Made by a program: the position numbers and the translations under genes. Shown in pieces: positions 38,962 to 48,275 of a stretch of 57,815 nt of DNA (positions within the stretch are counted from its first letter, which is position 1; each line of letters opens with the position of its first letter). Where the stretch lies: positions 1 through 57,815 of IMG/VR virus record IMGVR_UViG_3300022602_002355. One strand, given 5' to 3'. The stretch is from a virus. Lineage: Duplodnaviria; Caudoviricetes. The notes below the pieces were generated by a model. It was not told the origin of the DNA. It made no database searches and saw only the letters and a program-made list of their open reading frames with translations.

Positions 38962-41759
38962 ACCTATTTGAAATCTTTAATAACCCTAGAAGAGTAATCA
39001 ACGAAGGTATAGATCACCCCGAGGACCTTATTATTCAACAAGGTGCGGCTGGTGCTGACCGTGTTATTGATGAGCTTTCAGGATTGAGCAAAGATTCAGG
39101 AACAGTTACTATCAAGTGGGATGGTTTCCCAGCAGTTGTATTTGGTCGTGATGCAAGTGGACAATTAGTGTTTGTTGATAAACACATGTTTGATAAAATT
39201 GCAAAAGGCAAGATGGAATTTACAACTATTCAAGATTATGATATTAGCCGTGAAGCAGATCGTGCAAGTCTTTGGCAAGCAGAAGAAACAATTCGTCCAG
39301 CATTAGATGCTATTGTACCGGCAGTAAAAGATCAATATTGGATGGGCGATTTAATGTGGACGGGTGTTCCAAAAACAGTCAACGGATATTATGATTTTAA
39401 ACCTAACACAGTAGAATATCGTATTCCTGTAGACAGCGAATTAGGTAATAAGATAGAAAACAGTGTAGGCGGAATTGCTGTACACACATTTATTCCCGGT
39501 CTTGGTCAAGGCGATGTACCATTAAAAGGACTTAAAGGATTAAAAGATAAAGCAGGCATTACTTTCTTAACAAGTGAGATGCATGAAAAGCCTAAAGTAA
39601 CTGTTGATCCTAAATTAGTAAACCATGCTAAAGCAGTCGTGAATCAATACAGAGGTGCTGTAGATAAATTCATGTCAGACCTAACTGCTATGAAAGGCAA
39701 GATGGTATTAACTGCCATGAGCCCATTCATTACTAGCATGTTAGAAGAAAATGATATTAGTAATGAAATTGTTCCTAGATTTTTAGAATTTTTAAAGAGC
39801 AGATTAAGCCCGGCCGCCGCACAGAAATTCTTAGGTGCAAATCAAGACGGCTGGTTGTTTCAAGCAGATGGCGGTGCTATGGGATTGCTAGGTGTGTGGA
39901 GCATGTGGGCCGCTGTGACAGATTTAAAAATTCATACAAAACAAATTATCGATAGTCAGCAACAGGGCAGTGAAGTTATTGCGTTGATTGACGGTCAAAC
40001 AAGTCACGAAGGTTATGTATTCGGATCAGGCAAGGACAAATTAAAATTAGTTGATAGACTAGGATTTAGTCGTGCTAACTTTGCTAAACATAAAGTACCA
40101 GATGAAGAAATCCAGGCTAAGAGTAAAACTCCATTAGCTGTATTTTGTTTCGGTCGTATGAATCCTCCTACACTAGGACATAAACTAGTAATGGAGAAAA
40201 CAGTACAGATGGGTGGCAAGAACGCATTTATTTTCTTAAGTAACAGCGAAGGTAAAGATGATCCTTTAGACCCAGCAACTAAGGCCGCTTTCATATCTCA
40301 AATGTATCCTAATTTTGCAGGACATATTGTAAAAGATTTCGTACAAGGTCCTATATATGCGGCTAACTGGTTATACGACAGAGGCTTTCGTAACATGGCG
40401 TTTGTTGCAGGAAGCGATAGATTAGGCAAGGAAAAAGGCAGTATTGAAAAACTATTAAATAGTTGGAACAGCGGTCCTGTGCGTACAACAGACAATTCTC
40501 GAGGTGAACAAGGTCGCGAACATGTTGTCATACAATTTGTCAGCAGTGGTCAGCGAGATCCAGATAGCGAAGGAATACAAGGGTACAGTGGAACTAAAGC
40601 AAGACAGGCCGCAGAAGCAGGCAATGAAGCACAGTTTCAACAATTTACAGGAGTCAAGTCAAATGTTGTTGTAGGTGGCAAAACTCTGTATCAAGCAACA
40701 AGAGAAGGTTTGGGGATTAAAGATCAACAACCTCCACAACCGACTCCGGGGAATAATATGAAATTAAACACATTTACTAATCAACATACAACTAATGAAG
40801 ATTTAGGCGCAGGTGGCGAACACACTGGTATGAGTCCTGTTAATGGAAATACGCAGAAATTAGATATGAGCGGGCATGGTAGAGGATGGAATTCTGCAAT
40901 GCAAAATCCAGAAGAATACGATACAGATGATCATCCAAATGAAAAATTTGCTCGTCTTAATAAACTTAAAGACAAGTTAAGTGGAATAAAATCAGAGCTA
41001 GCAAAACGTAAAGTTAAAGAAAGCATGGCAGGAGTTGGCATGGAACAACATGCTCGCGAAACTGGTCAACGCTGGAAGGGATATGCCGGTGGCGAAAGTT
41101 CCGGAATGGACGAAGCACAGTTTAATAGTAAACAAGAAGTCATTGATTATTTTGTTAAGAATGGTAAGAGTGCATCTGCAGGTGCTATGGCATGGGAACG
41201 AGGTTGGAGAGGACATACTCCTAAAAAGAAAAAAGAATTGCGTCCACCTGTAAGAAGCTATCATGATGATTTAGATGACAAGCGTTACAATGAAGCTATG
41301 TTACCAAAAAGCGATTTTGTAGGTTCCAAGAAAAATAAATTAGGGCCTGCTGGACAACTAAAAGGCAACATGAAACGCCCTGCACGTCAGGGTGACCTAG
41401 TAGGCGGCAGTGAAAGTATTGAAGAATTATCATTTATGGGCAGTCCTTGTACTAAGGATTGTAGCGGACATAAAGCAGGTTTTAATTGGGCGAAAAAGAA
41501 TAGCGGTAGATTAGCGGCTTCACCTAGTCAAAGTTTTAATAACGGTGCGGCTATTCAACAAGCACAAAAAACAAAAAAGAAAAGAGTTAGAACACCTGAT
41601 GTAGCAGAAGATCAACGCTTAGATAAAAGTTGCTGGAAAGGTTACCGAAAACAAGGTACTAAAATGAAGGGCGGCACTCGTGTAAACAACTGCGTCAAAG
41701 TAGGCGAAGCTTGGGAAAACGAAATTGCAAAAGCTATCAAATTATTAGAAAACAAGTGA
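38958..41759 (+). CDS. Ligase-fold nucleotidyltransferase plus HxGH-type transferase fusion with modular C-terminal tail
   Basis: KWDG (motif I), WMGDLM (III), HEGYVF (IV), KLKLVDR (V); then FGRMNPPTLGH, AGSDR, SGTKAR. Confidence 0.7.
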   Translation: MNLFEIFNNPRRVINEGIDHPEDLIIQQGAAGADRVIDELSGLSKDSGTVTIKWDGFPAVVFGRDASGQLVFVDKHMFDKIAKGKMEFTTIQDYDISREADRASLWQAEETIRPALDAIVPAVKDQYWMGDLMWTGVPKTVNGYYDFKPNTVEYRIPVDSELGNKIENSVGGIAVHTFIPGLGQGDVPLKGLKGLKDKAGITFLTSEMHEKPKVTVDPKLVNHAKAVVNQYRGAVDKFMSDLTAMKGKMVLTAMSPFITSMLEENDISNEIVPRFLEFLKSRLSPAAAQKFLGANQDGWLFQADGGAMGLLGVWSMWAAVTDLKIHTKQIIDSQQQGSEVIALIDGQTSHEGYVFGSGKDKLKLVDRLGFSRANFAKHKVPDEEIQAKSKTPLAVFCFGRMNPPTLGHKLVMEKTVQMGGKNAFIFLSNSEGKDDPLDPATKAAFISQMYPNFAGHIVKDFVQGPIYAANWLYDRGFRNMAFVAGSDRLGKEKGSIEKLLNSWNSGPVRTTDNSRGEQGREHVVIQFVSSGQRDPDSEGIQGYSGTKARQAAEAGNEAQFQQFTGVKSNVVVGGKTLYQATREGLGIKDQQPPQPTPGNNMKLNTFTNQHTTNEDLGAGGEHTGMSPVNGNTQKLDMSGHGRGWNSAMQNPEEYDTDDHPNEKFARLNKLKDKLSGIKSELAKRKVKESMAGVGMEQHARETGQRWKGYAGGESSGMDEAQFNSKQEVIDYFVKNGKSASAGAMAWERGWRGHTPKKKKELRPPVRSYHDDLDDKRYNEAMLPKSDFVGSKKNKLGPAGQLKGNMKRPARQGDLVGGSESIEELSFMGSPCTKDCSGHKAGFNWAKKNSGRLAASPSQSFNNGAAIQQAQKTKKKRVRTPDVAEDQRLDKSCWKGYRKQGTKMKGGTRVNNCVKVGEAWENEIAKAIKLLENK

Positions 41760-41980
41760 ACGATCTAGACGAAATAAAAATTCTTGCAGGTATTAGTAAT
41801 CGCCCTCGATTACGAGAATACAGCTCCCATCTAGAAGAAATAAATAAAGGTATAAACATATCTGTTACAGGCACTGAAAAGGGACGGTTGCAGAAAGAAC
41901 ACAATATTAAACCAGGAACTCCAGAATGGTTTAAATTGTGGTTTAGTTTACCGTATTTTACAGGCGAAAAACCAATATGA
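41756..41980 (+). CDS. Small late protein
   Basis: GTGA-coupled start; IKILAGI and IKPGTPEWF motifs. Confidence 0.6.
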   Translation: MNDLDEIKILAGISNRPRLREYSSHLEEINKGINISVTGTEKGRLQKEHNIKPGTPEWFKLWFSLPYFTGEKPI

Positions 41981-42357
41981 GAGCAAAAGAGTTTATTTTT
42001 AAAGAAGCAAAGGATTTTAAACCTAATGAGTTTAGACACGATGCTATGGCAGGATTACCTGGTGCTCATGCTTGGCCAGAATTAGATAACAGCTCTGGGT
42101 ATCTTGCATATCGTTTCGGAGTCGCACTTGCCGGACAGCCAGATCAAAAGATGGATGTAGTTGGACCAACTGGATTGAAGATGGTTACTATTGCGTACAC
42201 TCCTGCAGAACAAGCAATTTTAGATGCGGCCGCTGGATTAGTAGGAACACCTAAAGTACGATTAACACCAGATAGTAGTACAGAATTAGCAGACACAAAT
42301 AAACAAAGCCCTGTTGCCAATTGGAATAAACATGCTAACGGGAAAATGAAAAAATGA
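41977..42357 (+). CDS. Hypothetical late protein (MRAKEF)
   Basis: ATGA coupling; N-terminal motif shared with cluster. Confidence 0.7.
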   Translation: MRAKEFIFKEAKDFKPNEFRHDAMAGLPGAHAWPELDNSSGYLAYRFGVALAGQPDQKMDVVGPTGLKMVTIAYTPAEQAILDAAAGLVGTPKVRLTPDSSTELADTNKQSPVANWNKHANGKMKK

Positions 42358-42638
42358 AAATTGTAGAGTTGATCAATGAGAGTGATGACAATTGGGATGA
42401 GTTATCTCAAAAAGTATCAAAAAAATCAGCTGATCAAGCAATCAAACATCTTCAAAAGGATTTAAAAGATCCTATTGGATATGAAGCAGTGGACCATATG
42501 ATGACCAGTATAGCTAAAAAATACAATATGACTCCTCATAACCTACATTTATTATTTGTAGAAAAAGTTGGCACTACACCAGATGTTTGGATTAGAAAAA
42601 TCGGTCCAAGTTTAGACAAGTGGATTAACAAAAAATGA
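42354..42638 (+). CDS. Hypothetical late protein (MKIVELINE)
   Basis: ATGA coupling; N-terminal motif shared with cluster. Confidence 0.7.
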   Translation: MKIVELINESDDNWDELSQKVSKKSADQAIKHLQKDLKDPIGYEAVDHMMTSIAKKYNMTPHNLHLLFVEKVGTTPDVWIRKIGPSLDKWINKK

Positions 42639-42814
42639 AAATCAACGAATTATTAGAATCAGCTACCTCGGGTGGTACTAGTTCGGGCGCAATAGCATCT
42701 GTTGTAAATCCAGGCGGCAAAAAGAAAAGCGAAGTAGGTTCATTGTTCGGCGGAAGCTATGGTGAAACAATGAATAATAAACCTAAGAAAAAAACCAAAA
42801 TAGTTAAGAGATAA
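42635..42814 (+). CDS. Small late protein (59 aa, not in ORF track)
   Basis: MKINELLESATSGGTSSGAIA...KKKTKIVKR; ATGA coupling. Confidence 0.7.
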   Translation: MKINELLESATSGGTSSGAIASVVNPGGKKKSEVGSLFGGSYGETMNNKPKKKTKIVKR

Positions 42815-42818
42815 CATT

Positions 42819-43601
42819 ATGATGAATGAACATAAAAAAGGTGTAAAGGCGGTAAAGTACACAACTAAGCCAAGAAACTTTGTTGCTAAAAATGCTACTA
42901 CAGCTGGTGCAGGTGCTCACAAAGATAAAAAGAAAGCCGCTAAACAAGGTGAAGTGAAACATAAGAATAAAGATTATGCAGAACATCTTGAACAATCACT
43001 TAAATTAGCACTGTCGGAAGGCAGACATGGTTACGATTCTTATGGATATAGTCTTGCGCCGGGACATGATGAGGGCGAACCAGTTTACAGTCGCTACCAT
43101 GATGTAGCAGGCGGCGGAGCACCTCGTAATTATTCTAGTGCAAATTCTCAAGGCGGAGCATATGATGTTTACATTGACGGACGTCGTTGGAAAACATTCG
43201 ATACCCGTAGCCATGCATCAGCCGTTGCTAACAAACTAATTGCCAAAGGTAAAAGAGCCCAAATTAAAGCAGTTTCTGAAAGTTTTGCCAAAGAAGATCA
43301 TGGCGAATTTGGCAAGGCTAGTTTTGATACAGCAATTAGCTCAAAGATTCAACCTAGCAATCATCAGCAAATTGGTCGCAAAGATCCCAGAAGTCAGATC
43401 GGTGAAGGCGAAGATGCAGAAGGTGCAATGGCACGTACACAACTAATTGGTGCGGCTAAACAAGCATTAGAACTTGCTGGTAAATTGAAAAGCGATACTC
43501 AATTAGATTCTTGGGTACAATCCAAAATTACTGTAGGTACTAATTATATTGATACTGTTTATAATTTCTTAATGAATGGTAAACAAGACGTAGACAAATA
43601 A
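42819..43601 (+). CDS. Modular basic late protein
   Basis: PRNFVAK...GAGAH.DKKK and WVQSKIT modules separated by hxE sites. Confidence 0.7.
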   Translation: MMNEHKKGVKAVKYTTKPRNFVAKNATTAGAGAHKDKKKAAKQGEVKHKNKDYAEHLEQSLKLALSEGRHGYDSYGYSLAPGHDEGEPVYSRYHDVAGGGAPRNYSSANSQGGAYDVYIDGRRWKTFDTRSHASAVANKLIAKGKRAQIKAVSESFAKEDHGEFGKASFDTAISSKIQPSNHQQIGRKDPRSQIGEGEDAEGAMARTQLIGAAKQALELAGKLKSDTQLDSWVQSKITVGTNYIDTVYNFLMNGKQDVDK

Positions 43602-43613
43602 ATCACAAAAGCA

Positions 43614-43642
43614 TTGACTTCTCCTGTGTAGGTATATATACT
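43614..43642 (+). promoter_or_regulatory. Sigma70-type promoter
   Basis: TTGACT-17-TATACT. Confidence 0.75.
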
Positions 43643-43663
43643 ATAGCACACAGGAGATTTTTT
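43620..43663 (+). terminator. Hairpin plus T-run that also sequesters the RBS
   Basis: TCTCCTGTGT / ACACAGGAGA followed by TTTTTT then ATG. Confidence 0.7.
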
Positions 43664-43933
43664 ATGAGTAAAGCATTTGGCGCACCAGAGCAGGCAAAAA
43701 TCAAACAAATCGTTTCAGAAGGCATGACAGTTATGCAAGAGATTCAAGATTTGACAGATGGTCTCAACGAGACTATTAAAGCAGTAGCAGAAGAACTAGA
43801 AGTAAAACCCAGCGTTATTAAAAAAGCAATTAAAGTATCAATGAAAGATCAATGGGATCAAGTTTGGAGAGAATTTGACGATCTCGAAACTATTGTCGAT
43901 ATTTCTGGACACTCTCATCGCCGTGAAGAATAA
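43664..43933 (+). CDS. Small dsDNA-binding protein (T4 DsbA/GapR-like)
   Basis: Coiled coil then AEELEVKPSVIKKAIK; size and position near the polymerase. Confidence 0.55.
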   Translation: MSKAFGAPEQAKIKQIVSEGMTVMQEIQDLTDGLNETIKAVAEELEVKPSVIKKAIKVSMKDQWDQVWREFDDLETIVDISGHSHRREE

Positions 43934-44226
43934 TGAACGATTTATTCTACGGTATTTTTTCTTGGATCAAAGATGATTTTAGAAGTCATCCTTTTCGTTT
44001 TTGTATCGAGCTTCTTGCTTGGGCTATTAGTATTGGCTGTAGTATCACAATGGCCCTTACAGTCCCTACACCACCTCTCATTGTTCTTTATCCTATTTGG
44101 ATCAGTGGTTGTGCTATGTACGCTTGGGCTAGTTACACTAGGAAATCATTTGGCATGTTGGCTAATTACATCCTGTTAGTATCGATCGATACAACTGGAT
44201 TGATTAGGATGTTAACGCATCTATGA
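43933..44226 (+). CDS. Small membrane protein
   Basis: Three hydrophobic segments. Confidence 0.7.
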   Translation: MNDLFYGIFSWIKDDFRSHPFRFCIELLAWAISIGCSITMALTVPTPPLIVLYPIWISGCAMYAWASYTRKSFGMLANYILLVSIDTTGLIRMLTHL

Positions 44227-44753
44227 TTAAAGTATTTGAGAATTGTATTCCTATTGAACTGCAAAATCGATATTTAGATTTTGCTAATAAGTTAGATTGG
44301 ATTTACAATAACTCAACTATATATAATCAAGAAGTCAAAGAATCTAGAATAACGGATGAGATTTATGATGTCGGACAATTATCTCGTCCGCTTTATCCTA
44401 AAGAATATCATTCATTTGACCCACTAATAAAATTGTTTGATCAACAGTATGTGTTAAGAATAAAATACAATTTATTGTGGCGTTGTGCAGATACATTAGG
44501 AAGATGGAATTCTCCACATAGGGATATGGAGGAGAACGAATATGTATCTGGAATATATTATGTAAAAGACAGTGATGGCGATACTGTTTTTTTTGGTGAT
44601 ACAATAACAAGAATTACACCCAAAAAAGGAACACTGGTAATTTTTCCTTCTAACTTGTTACACGCATCATCTAACCCACAAATCAGTCAAGAACGCATCG
44701 TGATTAATTTTGTAGCAAGACAGAAAGATATAAATATTAGTGCGAAAGGTTAA
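44223..44753 (+). CDS. 2OG-Fe(II) oxygenase
   Basis: PHRD, IYY..DSDGDT, IFPS..LHAS, RIVIN. Confidence 0.85.
   Translation: MIKVFENCIPIELQNRYLDFANKLDWIYNNSTIYNQEVKESRITDEIYDVGQLSRPLYPKEYHSFDPLIKLFDQQYVLRIKYNLLWRCADTLGRWNSPHRDMEENEYVSGIYYVKDSDGDTVFFGDTITRITPKKGTLVIFPSNLLHASSNPQISQERIVINFVARQKDINISAKG
44729..44736 (+). promoter_or_regulatory. T4-consensus late promoter upstream of the polymerase
   Basis: TATAAATA. Confidence 0.55.
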
Positions 44754-44801
44754 GCAAGCCATAAATTGCTAACAAGGTATTTTGCAAGCCGTAAATTGCA
44801 A
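44746..44801 (+). promoter_or_regulatory. Tandem hairpin/pseudoknot repeat, putative translational operator
   Basis: AAGGT..GCAAGCCRTAAATTGC twice, immediately before the GGAG RBS. Confidence 0.55.
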
Positions 44802-44813
44802 TGGAGAAAATAA

Positions 44814-47483
44814 ATGAGTTATGTCGATGCCATCTGGAATCGCGACACTGATACTGTTCACGTTGTCGAGCGAGATCCAAAAAAGGGTAGAATCTACACA
44901 GATTACCCAGCCCGTTATGTGTTCTATCATCCAGACCACAAGGGAAAATACAAATCAATCTTCGGCGAAAGCCTATCAAAAGTTTCTTGTAAGAATTGGA
45001 AAGAATTTATCAAGGAACAAAAAATCCATTCAGGACAAAAATTATACGAAAGCGATATTAATGCGGTCTTCCGTATTTTAGAAGAAAACTATCTTGGTAA
45101 AGAACCTCCAAAACTAAATGTAGCATTTTGGGATATTGAGGTGGACTTCGATCCAGAACGTGGTTATGCGTCTCCAGAAGATGCGTTCATGCCAATTACT
45201 GCGATTGCTGTTCACCTACAATGGTTAGATACTCTTGTTTGTCTTGCTGTTCCTCCAAAGACACTAACAATGGAGCAAGCACAAGAGCAAATTAAAGAAT
45301 TTCCTAATACTATCTTGTTTGATAATGAAGCAGATATGTTAGAAACATTCTTAACACTAATAGAAGATGCTGATGTACTAAGCGGTTGGAACAGCGAAGG
45401 CTTTGATATGCCGTACACAGTTAACCGTATTATTAAAACACTGAGCAAAGAAGACACACGCAGACTTTGTTTGTGGAATCAATTTCCTAAGAAGCGTGAA
45501 TACGAAAAGTTTGGTAAAGATGCAGTTACTTATGACCTAATCGGTCGTGTACACGTTGATAGTTTAGAATTGTATCGTAAGTATACATATGAAGAACGTC
45601 ATAGTTACAGACTTGATGCTATTGCCGAATATGAATTAGGTGAAAAGAAAACACAATACGAAGGTACACTTGATCAACTATATAACAATGACTTTAAAAA
45701 GTTCATTGAATATAACAGACAAGATACTGCACTTCTAGATAAGTTAGATAAAAAACTCAAATTCATTGATTTGGCAAATACTGTTGCACACGAAAATACA
45801 GTATTAATTCAAACTACAATGGGTGCTGTTGCTGTTACTGAACAAGCAATTATCAACGAGGCACATCATAGAGGTTTAATTGTTCCTAGTCGTCCTAAGC
45901 GAGATGAAAATCTTGATACACAGGCCGCAGGTGCTTATGTTGCATATCCTAAAAAAGGATTACATGACTATATAGGATCAATGGATATTAACTCGCTGTA
46001 TCCATCTGTAATTCGTGCATTAAACATGGGTCCAGAAACAATTATTGGGCAGTTGCGACAAGATTATACCAAAGAAGAAATTGAAAATAAAATGGCCAAG
46101 GGCGCAAGTTTTGCGGCCGCGTGGGAAGGTAAGTTTGGCAGTAACGAATACGAATTTGTTATGAAGCGAGATATTGCTCACGACATTATTATCGATTGGG
46201 AAGATGGTCGAACTGATGTATTAAGCGGTGCTCAGATCTACGAATTAATCTTTGAAAGCAACCAACCTTGGATGCTTAGTGCTAATGGCACAATTTTCAC
46301 ACACGAACACGAAGGAGTTATTCCCGGATTGTTAAAGCGTTGGTATGCCGAACGTAAAGAAATGCAGGCAAAACTAAAAGAAGCAATCAAAGCGGAGAAT
46401 AAAATTGAAGAAGAATACTGGGACAAACGACAACTCGTTAAGAAGATTAACCTTAATAGCCTGTATGGTGCTATTCTTAACGCTGGGTGCCGCTTTTTTG
46501 ATAATCGTATCGGGCAGTCAACCACCCTTACAGGCAGAGGAATTGCCAGACATATGGCATCTAAAATTAATGAAGTCATCACAGGCGAATACGACCACCT
46601 CGGAAAAAGTATCATTTACGGAGATACTGACTCAGCCTATTTTAGCGCCTATCCATCCTTGAAGAAAGATATTGAAAAGGGTGCTATTCCATGGAATAAA
46701 GATACTGCTGTTCAACTATATGATACTATTTCCGATGAAGTTAATAGTACCTTCCCACAATTCATGGTAGATGCACATCATTGTCCAAAGTCACGTGGTG
46801 AAGTTATTAAGGCTGGTCGTGAAATTGTTGCTATTAAAGGATTGTTCATTACTAAGAAACGTTATGCTGTATTGTATTATGATAAGGAAGGCAAGCGACA
46901 AGACGTTGATGGTAAGCCAGGTAAGATCAAGGCCATGGGATTGGATTTGAAACGCAGTGATACTCCTGAATTTATGCAAAAGTTCTTAGAAGAAGTTTTG
47001 ACTAAAGTTCTTAACGGTAGTCAAGAACAAGAAATTCTAGATATGATTAGCGAATTCCGAACTGAATTCAAGGCCCGCCCTGGTTGGGAAAAAGGTAGTC
47101 CAAAACGTGCAAACAATATTACTGAATATCAGGCTAAAGAAGCCAAGTTTGGTAAAGCTAATATGCCAGGACATGTACGTGCAAGCATTAATTGGAATAC
47201 ATTGAAGCGTATGAACGGTGACAAATATAGTCAACAGATTGTAGATGGTATGAAAGTTATTGTTTGTAAGGTAAAAGATAATCCACTTGGATATACTTCA
47301 GTAGCATATCCAGTAGATGAAATGCGTTTACCTAAATGGTTCCAAGAATTACCGTTTAATCACGCAGAGATGGAAACAACTATTATTAACAACAAGCTGG
47401 AAAATCTTATTGGAGTGTTAGAGTGGGATTTAGAATCTACTACACAAAACAATAATTACAATTCTTTATTCACATTTGATTAA
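44814..47483 (+). CDS. gp43: Family B DNA polymerase
   Basis: Exonuclease DIE, GWN..FD, YN..D; polymerase DINSLYPS, K...NSLYG, YGDTDS, KKRY. Confidence 0.96.
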   Translation: MSYVDAIWNRDTDTVHVVERDPKKGRIYTDYPARYVFYHPDHKGKYKSIFGESLSKVSCKNWKEFIKEQKIHSGQKLYESDINAVFRILEENYLGKEPPKLNVAFWDIEVDFDPERGYASPEDAFMPITAIAVHLQWLDTLVCLAVPPKTLTMEQAQEQIKEFPNTILFDNEADMLETFLTLIEDADVLSGWNSEGFDMPYTVNRIIKTLSKEDTRRLCLWNQFPKKREYEKFGKDAVTYDLIGRVHVDSLELYRKYTYEERHSYRLDAIAEYELGEKKTQYEGTLDQLYNNDFKKFIEYNRQDTALLDKLDKKLKFIDLANTVAHENTVLIQTTMGAVAVTEQAIINEAHHRGLIVPSRPKRDENLDTQAAGAYVAYPKKGLHDYIGSMDINSLYPSVIRALNMGPETIIGQLRQDYTKEEIENKMAKGASFAAAWEGKFGSNEYEFVMKRDIAHDIIIDWEDGRTDVLSGAQIYELIFESNQPWMLSANGTIFTHEHEGVIPGLLKRWYAERKEMQAKLKEAIKAENKIEEEYWDKRQLVKKINLNSLYGAILNAGCRFFDNRIGQSTTLTGRGIARHMASKINEVITGEYDHLGKSIIYGDTDSAYFSAYPSLKKDIEKGAIPWNKDTAVQLYDTISDEVNSTFPQFMVDAHHCPKSRGEVIKAGREIVAIKGLFITKKRYAVLYYDKEGKRQDVDGKPGKIKAMGLDLKRSDTPEFMQKFLEEVLTKVLNGSQEQEILDMISEFRTEFKARPGWEKGSPKRANNITEYQAKEAKFGKANMPGHVRASINWNTLKRMNGDKYSQQIVDGMKVIVCKVKDNPLGYTSVAYPVDEMRLPKWFQELPFNHAEMETTIINNKLENLIGVLEWDLESTTQNNNYNSLFTFD

Positions 47484-47490
47484 AATAAAT

Positions 47491-47519
47491 TTGACTTTAC
47501 TCAAAAACCTAAATATACT
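47491..47519 (+). promoter_or_regulatory. Overlapping sigma70 and late promoters
   Basis: TTGACT-17-TATACT with TAAATA at 47510-47515. Confidence 0.7.
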
Positions 47520-47537
47520 TAACAAAAGGAAAATATT

Positions 47538-48275
47538 ATGAGAGACATTTTGCAAGACATCGTAAGCCATACACACAATCTTGGCTTTTTAAATATCGTC
47601 AAGGTTACAGGCGAGCCAACTAAAACTGCTATCGACGCTATTTCGGACGATCGCAAGGTAGTTATGTTTGGTGAAACGACTACACCAAACCCAGAAATGC
47701 TTGGCACATTTGGTATGCCACAGCTTAATAAGTTAAAATTCCTATTAGATGGTCCAGATTACAAAGGTGATGCTACTATTGCTATCTATCGAGGCGATAA
47801 GGCAGGACACGTTGACATTCCACTAGGTGTTAACTTTGATAGCGCATTAGGTGATATCCACAATGACTATCAATTTATGAATGTTGATATTATCAACGAA
47901 AAAGTTAAAACAGGTAAGTTCCGTGGCGTTACTTGGCACGTAGAAGTTACTCCGACTGTACAGGCTATCCAACGTTTTGCGTTCCAGGCAGGTGCTAACA
48001 ACGAACACGAAACTTTCTTAGCAAAAACAGACGGTGATAAGCTAGTGTTTAGCTTTGGAGATACAAGTACACACAATGGCGAATTTGTATTTGCTACTGG
48101 TGTTACAGGTAAGATCACTAAGGCATGGACATGGCCAGTTAGTAGCGTTCTTGCTATTTTGAAGATTGCTGATGCTAACAATGCAAAACTTAGCTTCTCA
48201 AATGACGGTGCAATGCAAATTACACTAGATAGCGGTATTGCAACTTACAAGTATATTATTCCAGCACAAGCATGA
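47538..48275 (+). CDS. gp45: Sliding clamp (gp45/PCNA-like)
   Basis: 245 aa, alternating beta/alpha pattern, follows PolB, ends Y.YIIPA; clamp loader present in window. Confidence 0.65.
   Translation: MRDILQDIVSHTHNLGFLNIVKVTGEPTKTAIDAISDDRKVVMFGETTTPNPEMLGTFGMPQLNKLKFLLDGPDYKGDATIAIYRGDKAGHVDIPLGVNFDSALGDIHNDYQFMNVDIINEKVKTGKFRGVTWHVEVTPTVQAIQRFAFQAGANNEHETFLAKTDGDKLVFSFGDTSTHNGEFVFATGVTGKITKAWTWPVSSVLAILKIADANNAKLSFSNDGAMQITLDSGIATYKYIIPAQA

Noticed and set aside
44814-47483. Intein or intron in PolB
   Set aside because: Continuous ORF of normal size with no splice-junction or homing-endonuclease motifs seen
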